Positions 13,912 to 27,694 of a DNA stretch of 64,000 nt are shown here, piece by piece. This stretch comes from the human T2T-CHM13v2.0 reference genome, Homo sapiens, in assembly GCF_009914755.1 (NCBI RefSeq), contig NC_060931.1. The stretch is one strand, 5' to 3'. A program made the position numbers and the translations under genes. The notes beneath the pieces are model-generated. The model saw nothing but the letters and a program-made list of their open reading frames with translations. It did no database searches and was not told where the DNA came from. The number at the start of each line of letters is the position of its first letter. The first letter of the stretch is position 1.

Positions 13912-16199
13912 TCAGTCTTGAATTCATATGAGTATTGTTAGTGGTAATTATCCTTATAAAAGGCAAAAATAACGGTCTCAGGGCATTTTTCCACAAGCAA
14001 GGCTTTGTATCAGAAATGGTAAAAATCAAAATGAAATCAGAAGTATTTAGAAAGTTACATGTATTCAAAATACTACTATTAGAATTTTTAATTTAAATAA
14101 AGACACTTATTTTCAGTCAGGAAGCAAAATGATATAATAGCCAAATAGTAATTCTTATTCCTATAACTTGGCCTTTACAACTTACCAGGTGTTAAGTCTA
14201 TACATAGAGTAGTGTCCAGTCTCATTATTTAAGAGACAGTCGTGTTCTTGTTATCTGCTTTGTTTATCTAAAACTTTGCAGTAAAAGAAAATGATACTGA
14301 GCCTTGGGGAATCCTTGTTCAGCTGAAGAAAATGAGTAGTTCTGGTACCCAGGCCAATTTTAGATTTTACTATCGTACTTAAAGTACAAAAATCATGGTT
14401 CCAAGTAGAGAAAAGAATGCTAGACTAGGCCAAATTATTCTTGGGCAAATGTCTCAAACATATTGGGCTTCGAGTCCTTCATGTAAATTAAATAGTTAAA
14501 TTAAATGAATCTAAACACTAGGAGAAATAGAAATTTTATTCCAATGTTGGAGGCCTATTAATAACCAAACAAAGAAGGTATGGAAATCACCATCAGGTGA
14601 AAGTTGGCATTGGAAACCACTTGTCTTAGGAGGGAGAAAGAGGCAGCCAAAGCAACTTCTGAAAGCCTTGTGAAGACAACCTCAGTGAAAATCGGAAATA
14701 ACGACAATAAAGTCAAACCGGTTGTCAGAGTTTATCAGAAGAACGGTCCCAAAGCAGTACCTGACCTGACCGGCCAACTAACCTGAAATTCAACAGTTGA
14801 AGTTTGAGTGGCATATTTATAAAATCAAACGTCTTCTGGAAGCTACATGTAAAAACGAAACTGTAGCTTATGAATAGAAGAAGTGGCTACCAGAAGACTC
14901 TACCTATATTTTGGAGTTCATTTTAGGTCACATATCATTCTTGTTTGTCACAGCCAACTATGGAAATAACACTACCAGTGTCACTTCCCAATAGGTCAGG
15001 AAGAATACTTGGAAGAAACATTTTGGAAGGCAGTCGGTGTTTGCTGTTAACAAAAATGGCCACACCAATGTATACCATCTCCCCATTCCACAATGAAATA
15101 TTATTTGCTACTACAGATATCACAGTTTTATACAGAAAACAAGTGACAAAGATATAGAAGTTCAACACTAATTTCTCCTTACACAAAATACAGGTGACCC
15201 CTTTGGCCACCAACCTGTTGCTCAAGCTAGTTTTAGAAACCCTGTCAGGAAGAATAAAAATTTCTGTGGTTTCTGGAACATTTTGGGGGTATAAGGTCTT
15301 GACCAGCAAATATGAAAGTATATTGTAAGGTTTCCTCTTAATATCAATACTTAGTATCACATTTTGGGTCTTGTAAGTGCTCACATATGTTTCAGAAACA
15401 ATTAAATTTTTTATTGACATTTTGGCCTGCCTCCTAAAGATGATATCCTTCAGCTGTTAAACATTTGATAGGTTTGAAGTTGGGAAAGTTTTTTTTATTT
15501 AATATTTTTATGCTCTTGAAGATGTACATACAGAAAAGGCAAGAGGTGACCTGAGTCTTTTGAAGTAGTAATCAAACTTTAGGAAAAAGGCAGAGACTTT
15601 CAAAAACCTTTCTGGGTGTCTTTTGAGAGAGAGGAGGGAATAATTAGTAGACCTTTGTCATATGATTAAGCTTATCAAATCAGGATCGGTTCTACACACA
15701 CCAATAAGCTCTGATCTGGTTCCTTGTTTTGTAACATTATAAAGAATGAGGAAAACTTGTGCATTGGAAAATAAATTTGTTTAAAGGGTCTCGAATTAAT
15801 TAATTTATTTCACCTGGGAAATCGCACTTATTTTTCAACTGGGAAGGCAAACGGCTGACCTTCAAGTTACTAACATCTACAGGACTTGAAAAGAGAAGGG
15901 AGTCTGTAACCTCATCAGAAAAGACTGAAACAGTCAGATACTGTTCCCCAAATATTACAGATTTCCTGTCTTATAGGATTCTAAGCAAATAACCAGAATA
16001 TCACTCCGGGGTACACCTTCCTGTATAAGCAATGCCCTGGACTAGACCCTCCTAACAGCTGCTCTCCAAGTCTCCGCAGCCAATTCCTTCCTTAATTTGC
16101 CTTCACTTTGAGAAAGAAAAAAGAAAACAAAATCCCCCCATTCCCCGTTCCCAATCTATTACATTTCAAAGGAGGAGAAAGAACTGGAAAACCCCGTTT

Positions 16200-18600
16200 C
16201 CTTTGAGAAACGCGTCCGCGGCAGCTACTGAGGGTCTGCCCCACCTTTAGCTTCAGGTTGACAACTGCCTTCAGCGCGTTCTCAGCTCAGCTGGCCCTAT
16301 GGGTCCCCTAAAATCGCCCGAGCGTCCGCCCTGTCTGACCTGCCCCCCTGCCGCGGCGCACATTTCAGCTTTTCAGCTTCACGGTGGAGCTCGCAGTAAT
16401 TGAGTCGCGAGGGTTATTTTTCCTGGCCTCACCTCGCGGTCCTGAGCCTGCAGGGAGCTTTCGGAAAGACATCGCCCCCTCCCCCTGAGTCCCCGGCAGC
16501 TTCTGAACGCTGCGCGGGTCTCCGCCCCGCGGGAACCAGGATTGCGATCCGTTCCTCGGCGGCTAGAGGTTGAGGCCGGAGGCTGACACCACCAGGGACC
16601 CAACGGAGGGTTTATTCTGCCCAGCTTCACATCTGGGGGTCAAATCGCATTAAAGCCAAACCACCAACGGGGCAGGGAGCAGGTGGTTAACTGCACAAAA
16701 TAAAGTTACAGAAAAAACCTCGTTTTGCAGGCGAGTGACTTAGTTTCCCTCTGTAGCTTTGCCGTCATAAAAAGCAAGTCCCTCCCCTCTCCTGAGCTGG
16801 AAGGCGGGGAAAGGTTATCAGCGGCTCCAGATGGACGCCCGTAGGCAGGGTCAGTTTAGGAAGACCGGCAGGCAGGCGTATTAGGCGCGCGGGCTCCCAT
16901 CCTCATGGCTATGGGAAGCAAGTTTCCCTCATCCCTTCTTGGAAGGTAAGAGCTTTGACATCTGGAAGTGTCAGAAATGAGCCTTTTGCCATAAATCATC
17001 CTGAAAAGCATTCAAATCAGACAAGCGTCTAGAGACCCTTTAGACACTCCACCCCCAAAATCCTAGATCAAAGTGCAGTTCCTGGAACCATAAACACCTA
17101 TTATATGCAAAATCCTACTTATCTGGAGGATGCCAAAACTGAGAGTAAAGTAAGGGGTAAGGGGCACTTTTCGCTGTAAATTTCCTATACAAATCTCAAA
17201 ATTTTTCTTAGCATTGTCAACTACCTTCTTGGAGACAGGCTACAGCGCTTCTAAACCCAATACGCTTTTCTGGAGTCCTCGGAACAGCTGGCCGGGGCTT
17301 TTAGCACACGGGACGGGACCTTCGCCTTTGCCTGTTTTTTTTTCGACCAGGAGAAGCAGGTGCGAGAGTCTGGGGCTTAGGAGGTGGAAGGCGGGGAAAG
17401 AGAATCCACTAGGTCCTCGTGTAGAGAACAACAGTCGCTCCTTAGATATTACTCCAGGACGGAAACCTGATTGCAAACCGCTGTTCCTTCGAAACTTGCA
17501 AAACCCGGAACAGAAAACTCCCGCCCAGCCAATTTTAGCTCTCGCTGAACTCTCCCGCCTGCGTTACGTTTGCACAGCAACTCTTTGTAAATGTCCGAGT
17601 CCTCTCGGAGGAAAGATCGTTAGGGCGACGAGAACATTAAGAGGGGACCTGGAGGGCAGATATCCTCGATCCCAAGAGAGCAACTTTGTCGCCTCAGAAA
17701 ACACGCCAACTTCCCTCCTGCTCTTTCCTTGGTCAACTCAGAATCAACCGATTGTATTGAAATCTCCTGAAATCCCGAACAGGGATTGGCCCAGTCGGCT
17801 TCTGAAACCGAGGCCGGGGAATGGCAGGAATGGGGGGCAGAGAGGATCGGAAAGAAGAGTCCTTCCCCCACAGACATTCCCAGCTGGGACACGAGCTCGC
17901 TCGCAGCGCGTTTATGGAAAGAGGGGGCGCTGGGAACCGCGCTGGCGGCGAGCAGACTCCAGGGTCGAGATTATTCGACACGTGTCTTTTATTCCTCACA
18001 ATCCATTTCTTACGGGTGATTTATGAACGAATCTCTTTGATCAGGGACGGTTTTATCTGTCCACTGCTACAGATGACAGATGCGGCTGCTAAAATGCCTG
18101 GTCCCCGCTGCCTAAAAGGTTGCTCCCCCCCTTCCCAAATGCTGTTGCTTTTTCTCTGGCGGTCCCCACCCCCTGCTTCTTCGTTCTCCTTCCCTACCCC
18201 CAACCCCGTTTGCTGTCTTAGTTGCAATCCCTCTGGGTGGTTAAGTCAACAAAAAAGCGCAGAGCAGGGTCAGTAGGAAGCCAAGGCAGGCATACTTTGG
18301 GCACGCCATCCTCCTGATGCCACATTTGTTAGGGTCTTAAGAAGGCCCCTAGCCGGAGACCAGAAGAGCTTGCTCTTAAGGTGGGGGTTGCCTGCCTTCG
18401 GAAACTAGAAGATGAGGTCCTCACAGCCAAGTCCCATGGGCCTGGCTCTGCCCAGAAAAGGCTCGTGCTGGGGTAGGGAGCCAGTACACCGGGGGAAGCC
18501 TCAGCCTGCGGTTCTGTGCGGGCCGGGGCTCATCAGAACAACCACTTTGGCTTAATTGGGGAGGGAAGGAGGCAGCTGGAAAGGGGGAGAGGGGAGAGGA
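16200..18600. promoter_or_regulatory. Orphan CpG-rich island(s) ~7-9 kb 3' of TWIST1
   Basis: Many CpGs (e.g. cgcgtccgcgg 16211, gcgcgggtctccgccccgcggg ~16512); GC box plus CCAAT at 17521-17533. Confidence 0.75.
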
Positions 18601-18672
18601 TCACGTTACAGAGCCTCCTAGTCCCTAATAGGTAAAGGAAAGCGGAGTCTCTGAAGCGGTTATTAATAGTAG

Positions 18673-18674
<2 letters not shown>

Positions 18675-18708
<34 letters not shown>
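18675..18708 (+). repeat. (GT)17 microsatellite
   Basis: Directly visible, at the edge of the orphan CpG island. Confidence 0.97.
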
Positions 18709-18710
<2 letters not shown>

Positions 18711-21700
18711 GTAGTATTTCATTAAAACCATATCCTGGAACAAAGAGTTGTTCTTTCATGTTTCTTTGCTTTGTTGTTACTCTGACAGGAGTTCTAAAAA
18801 CAGGATTTTTCCAATCAAAGGATCCCTGGAGTTATCTGCCCCCTCCTAGCCTCCTTTCCCTCCACCAAACTGCTCTTGGTATCATTATCCCGCTATGGAT
18901 TCTTTCTTATACTCTTGATTTAGCCAGAGGACATTTAATAGCTGATTGGATTAAATGTTGCAGACTCCAGCCTGGGCTATTTGAAAATCCGGGTCGTGGA
19001 CTGTGCCTAACATCAGAGAAGGAAAACTGATCTATGAGATGTGTTTTAAGTTTCACGTAGTACGGCGGGGAGAGAAGGAAGAGGAAGAAGGGAGTCTCTA
19101 GGTTACAAAGTTAGAAGTTTCAAAAGGTGTGCGTTGATGAAGGGTAGGGAGAGAAGTCAGTGGCGGAATGAGGCAAAAGGCAACCTTAGCAAGAAGCTAA
19201 TAGAAATTTCCTCCATCATAATGTGCAAACGAGATTTATAAGAACACTTTGTAAATATTGCTCTGGATGTCAGGATTCTTCCCCAGGAATGGAGTGCTGA
19301 CTCCATTAGGGGTGCATCCACAGACCTCTCTGAAGGACTTGTTTGTCATTGCTAAATTTGTGGTAGGAAGATGGTTTCTGCTTCAAGTTTGCTTTCAATA
19401 ATAGTAACAATTCTTTGATTGGTGTTAAGTTTCAGGAACAAAAGAAGAGAAATGTGGGCTGTTTTTGTCCAGTACTATGTTTAGAAAATGGAGGCATAGC
19501 AGTCCCAAAGGAGAGCTTCGCACAGCCAAATCTGGGTGTTGGGGTTTGACCGAGTATTTCTACAAGGACGGGAAAACCTAGAGAGGCAGGATCTGATGCT
19601 CCTCAGTGACCAGGACCTCTGTGAGCTACAACCAAATAATATGATATGCACCCAAAGGTAACAATAAATCAAGGCTAGGAATGACTGGATGGGTATTGAG
19701 ATTAAATGCTATAGAGAGAAAGAGCCTGTTTATCTGGTCTGGAAATTTTAAAAATTGTCAATCCTTAAAGCTAATATGATCACTGACTATATTTCATTTC
19801 TGATTATGCCTGTAGGAAGCCCAAAAAGGAATAAGATAAACCCTCACAGTAAAATTGGATTTAATATTGTGGAAGAAAATACCCTGACTTTTAAATTTTG
19901 TTTAAAGTAGAGAGCTATATGGGTGGCTATATAATAACATAAGCCAGATATAATGTCAATTTAACAGAGATTTAGGGATAGTGTTGCATCTAAAAGAAGA
20001 GCCACAGCACAGTTCATTGAATATATCGTCTTAATATATGGGTAACAAATATTTAAAACCTTATTGTATGCCAAGACCCTGGCCTGAGCCACATGTTAGC
20101 ATTCACAGTAACCTCTAAGAACATTCCTATTCAACATGGAGAAAGTAATTGGACTCTCTTCCACATCTGGCGAACTGCTAATTCGTTTTAATTTTGTTTA
20201 CAAGCTTTCTTCTTGCATAAAAAAAATGCTTCCTCTGTTTACAAGTCATTTTTAAAAATCCTTTTCAATCAAACTGATCATGTATCTTGGTAAAAGCCCT
20301 TCCGCATGGGCTCGGGGATTTCAGAGTGCTGGGTCCTGGCCCCATGAGTAAGGGATCACCCGCTCATCTTTCAGCCCATCCAAGCATCTTGGAGGTTTAG
20401 AATCTGTCAGGCCTGGCATTCCTTCGCTCTTCTTATCACTCTCTACCCCTTCAAAAAGGCAATTGATTAGTTTCAGCTTTTCCAAACCGAGATCCGATAT
20501 GTTTTTCAGGATCAAACGTCTTTGAGAAGTCCAGAGAGCAATGTGGGAAGTGGGGAATGTGAAGAAGGAAAACAGGAGGGGGATGGTGAAATTCATCTCT
20601 CACCCTAACTCTCCAAAGGAACCTAGGGGATGCGCATTTTGGGCAGGAGATGGAATTGTGACTTCTGGAAGATGCACTTAACAACTTGAGATGTGTCTTC
20701 CCTTTCTGAAAGCAAATGTTTAAAGAAGAAAATAGATATCTAGAAAAGGAGGTTGATGATTTATGCCTGGATTTCTCTCCAAGCATTTGCCTTCCTTGTA
20801 TTTACAGGCGTGTCCCCATTTGCAAGTTGTACGTCTGTTCCTTTCACGTGACATTTCATAAAAGCCCTAACATCTGGGCAAGATAAACTTCCTTCAGGTA
20901 CCTGCTTAACTTTTCACTTGTCACACTCACATCACCCCCCAAGGCATCCCTTTCTCTCTCCCGCCTGCCTCAGTGGTGGCCTCTGTGGGGGTGCACTTTG
21001 TTCCAGTCCTCCCACCTCCCACCCCCATGTCGCTGGCCCCAGTTCCAGCTTCCCACAATATCACCCCCTCCCAGTGCCAACCTTTGCCGTGGCCAGGTTC
21101 TTTGAGAGACTCCCGATCCTTAGTCTCCCACTTCAGGCCTGACTGTGCAGGTAAATGAGGGTAGCATTTTGAACCCCAGAAAAAAAGTCATATTTCGATT
21201 CTGTCTTCAGACCAAAACCAAACCAAAAGGAAAACTGCCGACTACTCCATACAAACTCACACTTAGGTTCGATAGTCCCTTATACATCTATATATTCCTC
21301 AATAAAGTGAAATAAAAGAGCAGCTGATTTTGGTGGTAGTCATTTCGTGAGATTTCCCTCTCTGGTAGATACGCAAACTTCATGTTTTACAGAAACTTAA
21401 TTTCACTTGCTGGAAATCTCCCCTCCCCCAAGAAGGCTGCCTTCTGGAATGAATGCTTTTAGAGTTGTTTTTTCTTTTCCTAATCTAGAATTTTGTTCCT
21501 CTGACTTCAGCCTAAATCGCACGAAGGAGGAGGACACATCCACAAACTTGAGAGCGGGTGAGAGAAAAAAAAAATAGAAGGAAAAGAAAAGAGTCCACGT
21601 AAACAAGAAAGGAGGCTGTTGCAGGCTCTCCCTGCAGCAAACCCCAAACGATCTCGTTGCAGGGCGCCCACAAAATCCCGGCTATAATTGAGTGTTTTCT

Positions 21701-22249
21701 TTGAGGTTTTCTGACCATGTGCTTTTTACCATGGTTACTATGACTCTGATTCCAGAAGCTGAATATTCATCATGATCCCATCCCAACCTTTCAGAAGGCT
21801 TATCTCGTTGGTCCTTACAAAGAAGGAGAATCTAAAGGGGGCTCCTCTGTGCCAGTGATTTTAACCTGCTCCACCTTCCAGTGACCTGCCACATGCTCCT
21901 TCTTACTTTATAGACATCTGGGAATTCCATACATGCCTTAAACTCCAATTACACACCTTCTTCAAAGGACACGTGCTTTGATTTGCTAAGAACATTAAGT
22001 GGGCTCACGTCCTTAGGCCTTGAGACAAAAGCGAGGGGAAAATGGAAAATGTATCCCATGTCGTTTTTTTTTTTTTTTTAATTTAAACTGGGTCTATCCT
22101 TTGCTGTCCAGTAAATAAAGATAGTTAATAATCCTCCTATTTGCACATTCGTGGGCTCTCAAAGAGTTGGAAGGTTTCTGAGAAATAGTGGGATTGCCGG
22201 CTTTGAGAAAATATGAAGAAACCGATTTCTCCTTCCACTTTGCCAGTGC

Positions 22250-22740
22250 ACTTTCCTTCCACTTTCACTGGTGCTGGGGGCGGCGCACTCTTTACGACAT
22301 ATAAGCGGAAAATTCTGCAAAAGTGGCCCCCGGGGATCCCCGCCCGACCCCTGTCTGTCGCTAATGTGGGCCTGTCTCCGGAAATTCGAGGTTGGGCCTT
22401 TGCCTGAATCTGTTGCTATTGCTCCCCTTGCTACCGCTGACACTTGGCACCGCCGCCTCCTAGCAGCGGCCAGACGCGGGGCTGGGGGCCTTCCACGCAA
22501 ACCGAAGGAGATACGGACATCGTCATTCTCCCCACCGCGCGAGCCGGGCCCGCCACCCACGCAGGGGAGACCGTGCCCGTGCCCCTCTCCCGCGCCTGCC
22601 GCAGGTGAGACCCTCGCTCCCCACGGAGTTCTGTTTGGGTTTCCGTGGCGTTTGTTCCCCGCAGGTTTGTTTATTTTTCTTCAAATTACAGATGCAGGGA
22701 AAACCGCCTGACATCATGAGAGCGGGACAAACGCTCACTT
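22250..22740. promoter_or_regulatory. Small orphan CpG island ~2.7 kb 3' of the TWIST1 polyA site
   Basis: CpG-dense GC-rich block within AT-rich flanks. Confidence 0.75.
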
Positions 22741-25399
22741 TGAAGGATTCCTGGGCAGGACTTCAAGTGAAATCATATGCCTGAGAAGAACTTGATACCG
22801 GTCTAGAGAAAATAACCAGTTCTGACTTTGCCAAACCATGGAATGTGCAAAATGCTCTACTTTTTTGCAAGAGGCCAAATGTCCCTTAAAAAGCTCCATT
22901 ATGAATATGAACCTTAAGACCGAAGGGTCAAGAAGCTTGTGCCGTTGTTGAGTGTGGGAAAAAATTTACACACATCGTGCAAGTTTCTGCTCCTTAACAT
23001 TATTTTATTAATAATACGTTCCACTTTGGGGAGGGGAACCTGTAACTGTGCGTGAATTATCATCTGGACATGTGCTTCTGTGAACAAAAGGGGAAATGTG
23101 CATATGGGTAAAAAAATTACTGCTTTCTTATAACTAAAGGCTATCAATCTGACCAACTTATAAATAAAAGTAATCAATAGCACAGTAAAGGAAACATTAA
23201 ATTTTCTACAATTTACCCAAGACAATTTAATACAATACTTTCCCCTAGCAAATGCATTCTGAAGGAAAAAGATCCCAAGTGAACCAACACATTAATTGGA
23301 AAGCCTTAGCTTCTTATTTCCGAAAACAAGAGGTAATTCATTCTATGTGTTCTTTAAATAAGGGTAGGTAGCAAAAATAAAATGAAATAACATAAAATCA
23401 AAAGAAGATATAATGGTGGAGGAAAAGAAACAGGTGGCTTCATTTCTATTCTAAAAAAGAATTTCACGATTTATGTCTTGTGTATACAGGGGTAGGGATT
23501 AGAATCTGCAAGCTGGAAACTGCATTCCAGTAGTTAATATTTTTCATTGTGCAGTCGCCTCATTCAAAATAAAATTACCACCTTTTTCATTCATTTATTT
23601 CTCTGAAAATCTGGGGGGAAACATTACCTTCAGATTAGTATTTAATATTACTATAAATATGGCATTTGCTTTTCTCCAAAGTGTTTCCCCTTATGAAAAA
23701 AGTAGAAAAAGCAAAACACATTAAAAAAAGAAAGAAATAAAAGAAAGGCAAATGGAGAGCTACCTTTCTTTGACACATCTAGTTCTTATATCCAGAGTTA
23801 AGATAACAATTACCTTCTCAGCAGTCATGGCCAGCTCCATCCTGGTGTACCTTAAGAAATCTGAAATATCAAATAGTCAGACCAAGCTAGTGAACAAGGA
23901 GACTCCCCATGAATAATTTAGAAAATGGAGGTGGTTGGATGATACATACAAAAAAGAATTACCAACCTAATGCTTTCCCTCATCCTCCTAGGGCACCCTC
24001 CTTACATTTCTAACCTGCCTTACACACAACACACACACACCCCCAACAAATACACCAACACATAATCGCCTTCCCTTTCTGTTATTTGCTAAAGGACTAT
24101 CAAAATAAAAAAATAATAATACTTCTCCAAGCTTTCACTAACCTTTTAATACAAGTCAATGCTGCAGACTCCTTATTGTAAAATATAGTCTGAAATATTA
24201 ACAATAAATTCATAATATTCTTATGTCAGCATTCTATGGTGCTGTGTGAAGAAGAAAACAAAAACCTTCAGGCAATAAAATAACTTTGACCTGAGCTAAG
24301 CAAAAACGATCTGTTTGGATACATACACTTATTAGTCATTGTTTGAAACAGGCACCAAAATGATTTTCCAGTTTGAAAGCTTCCCCAGTTACACTTGGAT
24401 GCAGTAAATCGGATGTAAAAGCTAAGAACTGATACAAAATCACTATTTCTAATAATGTTAATTATAAAAGCCAGTATGTTCCTGGCCCACAAATAATCAG
24501 AATGAAATAAAAAATCAAACACCCCCGTTTGCCCATTATTGTTTTACTTAACTTCAGATTGTGTGTGTGTGTATGTATGATCTCACCAGGGAAAAATTCT
24601 GTGTAATTCTGGATAAAATATAACGCTAATGAACTGACTAGTAACTGCATAGCTGTAGTATTTAAAACTGTGATTATTCCAACTGTGATTATATCCAGTT
24701 ACCAAGGATACTGAAAGTTCAGGATCTTCATTTTTGTATATTATTCCACAGCCTTATATTCTTTACACATAAAAAAAGAATGATGCTTCCCAAATAGCGT
24801 CAATATAGCGATATATTAACTTTTCTTTTTAGCAAACATGACACTAAACGTCATATTCATTCATGAGAGAAGAGTTAAGCAAATTACAAATGGAATTTTC
24901 TCTTTTCTGCTGATTTACACTTTATTTTCTATGCATTTCTGGTCATTTCTATATGTGTATAGATAATTTTCATAACACTATATATGTTTTCACTGAAAAG
25001 AACCTGTTATTTAGGAATCTTCACAAAGAGTGAAGAGCATGACAAAAAGTACATAATAAGAGAATAGTGCAGGTTTTATACTCCTTATTTGCATTTAACT
25101 GTTTTAACAACTATCACCTCAAAATAAAAAGGAGGTGAATAGCAAATTTGTTAAGTTTTTGCTGTTTGGAGACAGTAAGAGATGAAGAGATGCTACTAAG
25201 CCCTCTGAATACCAAACTGGAATAATAATAAAGCTGTCTTTTAAAATAACATGCTTGTGCCTGTCAGTAGCTGCTTTATTTGAGTTTTTCATTGCTTTGT
25301 TTATATTAGTGCCCCCTCCCTCCTGGGTGCCTCTAGAATTAAACAAGCAGGTATTTACCACCAACTTAATCTTTAGTTTTAAAAATATAGACCAAACTC

Positions 25400-26068
25400 T
25401 AAGGTTCTCTAAATTTTTTATATTTATTTATTGCAGAAAAATATACAAAGATATTTACAAAACAATCATAAAAATATGAATGCATTTAGACACCGGATCT
25501 ATTTGCATTTTACCATGGGTCCTCAATAAATAAATAGAATGTTGTTTTTTGTATTTTAAGTTTTTTTTTGTTTTTCCCCTCAGAGGAAGGATGAAAAAAA
25601 GAATTAACTGACTATGGTTTTGCAGGCCAGTTTGATCCCAGTATTTTTATTTCTAAAGGTGTTCTTATAGTTCCTCTGATTGTTACCATTTTAAAATAGA
25701 GAAAGTCCATAGTGATGCCTTTCCTTTCAGTGGCTGATTGGCACGACCTCTTGAGAATGCATGCATGAAAAAAATAAAAATAAAAACATTCTTCGTCAAA
25801 AAAAAAAAAAAAAAAAACACAAACAACTGTTCAGACTTCTATCAGAATGCAGAGGTGTGAGGATGGTGCCGCTGCCCGTCTGGGAATCACTGTCCACGGG
25901 CCTGTCTCGCTTTCTCTTTTAAAAGTGCGCCCCACGCCCTGTTTCTTTGAATTTGGATTTTGCTCTTCTAATTTCCAAGAAAATCTTTGGCATATATTTT
26001 TATTTTTAGTTATCCAGCTCCAGAGTCTCTAGACTGTCCATTTTCTCCTTCTCTGGAAACAATGACAT
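25400..26068 (-). other. TWIST1: TWIST1 exon 2 (3'UTR); 3' end approximate
   Basis: Starts after the acceptor. AU/U-rich with a U20 tract (25798-25817); overlapping AATAAA signals at 25423-25432. Confidence 0.85.
25423..25432 (-). terminator. TWIST1: Main TWIST1 polyadenylation signal (AATAAATAAA, overlapping hexamers)
   Basis: Plus-strand tttatttatt. Other minus-strand AATAAA at 25999-26004, 25646-25651 and 25275-25280. Confidence 0.7.
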
Positions 26069-26606
26069 CTGCAAAAACCCAGAGGGGGGGGGGGAGTCGG
26101 TTATTGTTTAGGTCTCTGCGGCTGTTTTCTAAGACTAGTGAGCACTGTTCTTATCACCACCACTGAGAAATTAAGCTGAACAACCTGGAAGGATTTCAGC
26201 CCAAGGGCAAGAGGAAGTGGGTGGGTGGAAAGGAGGAGGAGGTGGAATTTGTTTTAAAACATTTGTTTTAAGGAGAACAAAAATTGAAAGCCGAAAGAAA
26301 GGGTGGCGCTGACAAAACGGTCCTTACCCGTGACCCTGGGTGTCTCTGTCTCCCCTCCTGTCACGCACACTCACGCGCACACACACCCCTCACCAGGGCG
26401 CATCCCCCTGGAGACTGCTCTCCCTAGCGGGGTCAGACCGGCCTTCCGGGGACGCTGGGGGCGCGAGGCAACGGTGCCAAGTGAGGTGGGAAGGCTGAGC
26501 GGAGAGTGGGAGAGGGGAGGAAATCGAGGTGGACTGGGAACCGCGGCCTGGCCGGCCTGCCGTCTGCCACCTGAGAGGCGAAGGGGTGCAGCGGCGCGGT
26601 CCTTAC
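26069..26606 (-). other. TWIST1: TWIST1 intron 1 (in 3'UTR, 538 nt)
   Basis: Donor CTAG|GTAAGG at 26607/26606. Acceptor: C-run plus TTTTTGCAG|ATGTC at 26069/26068. Matches the known two-exon structure with a non-coding exon 2. Confidence 0.92.
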
Positions 26607-26648
26607 CTAGGTCTCCGGCCCTGCTGAGGGGGTGGGGGGCTCCGCCTG

Positions 26649-27694
<1,046 letters not shown>

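Noticed and set aside
17214-18276. 270-aa and 151-aa ORFs in the orphan CpG island
   Set aside because: The 270-aa ORF starts at TTG; neither has a recognisable domain, and long ORFs are expected in GC-rich DNA.
22450-22475. CTCF-like motif CTGCTAGGAGGCGG (minus strand)
   Set aside because: Two mismatches at core positions; cannot be supported without a PWM scan or ChIP data.
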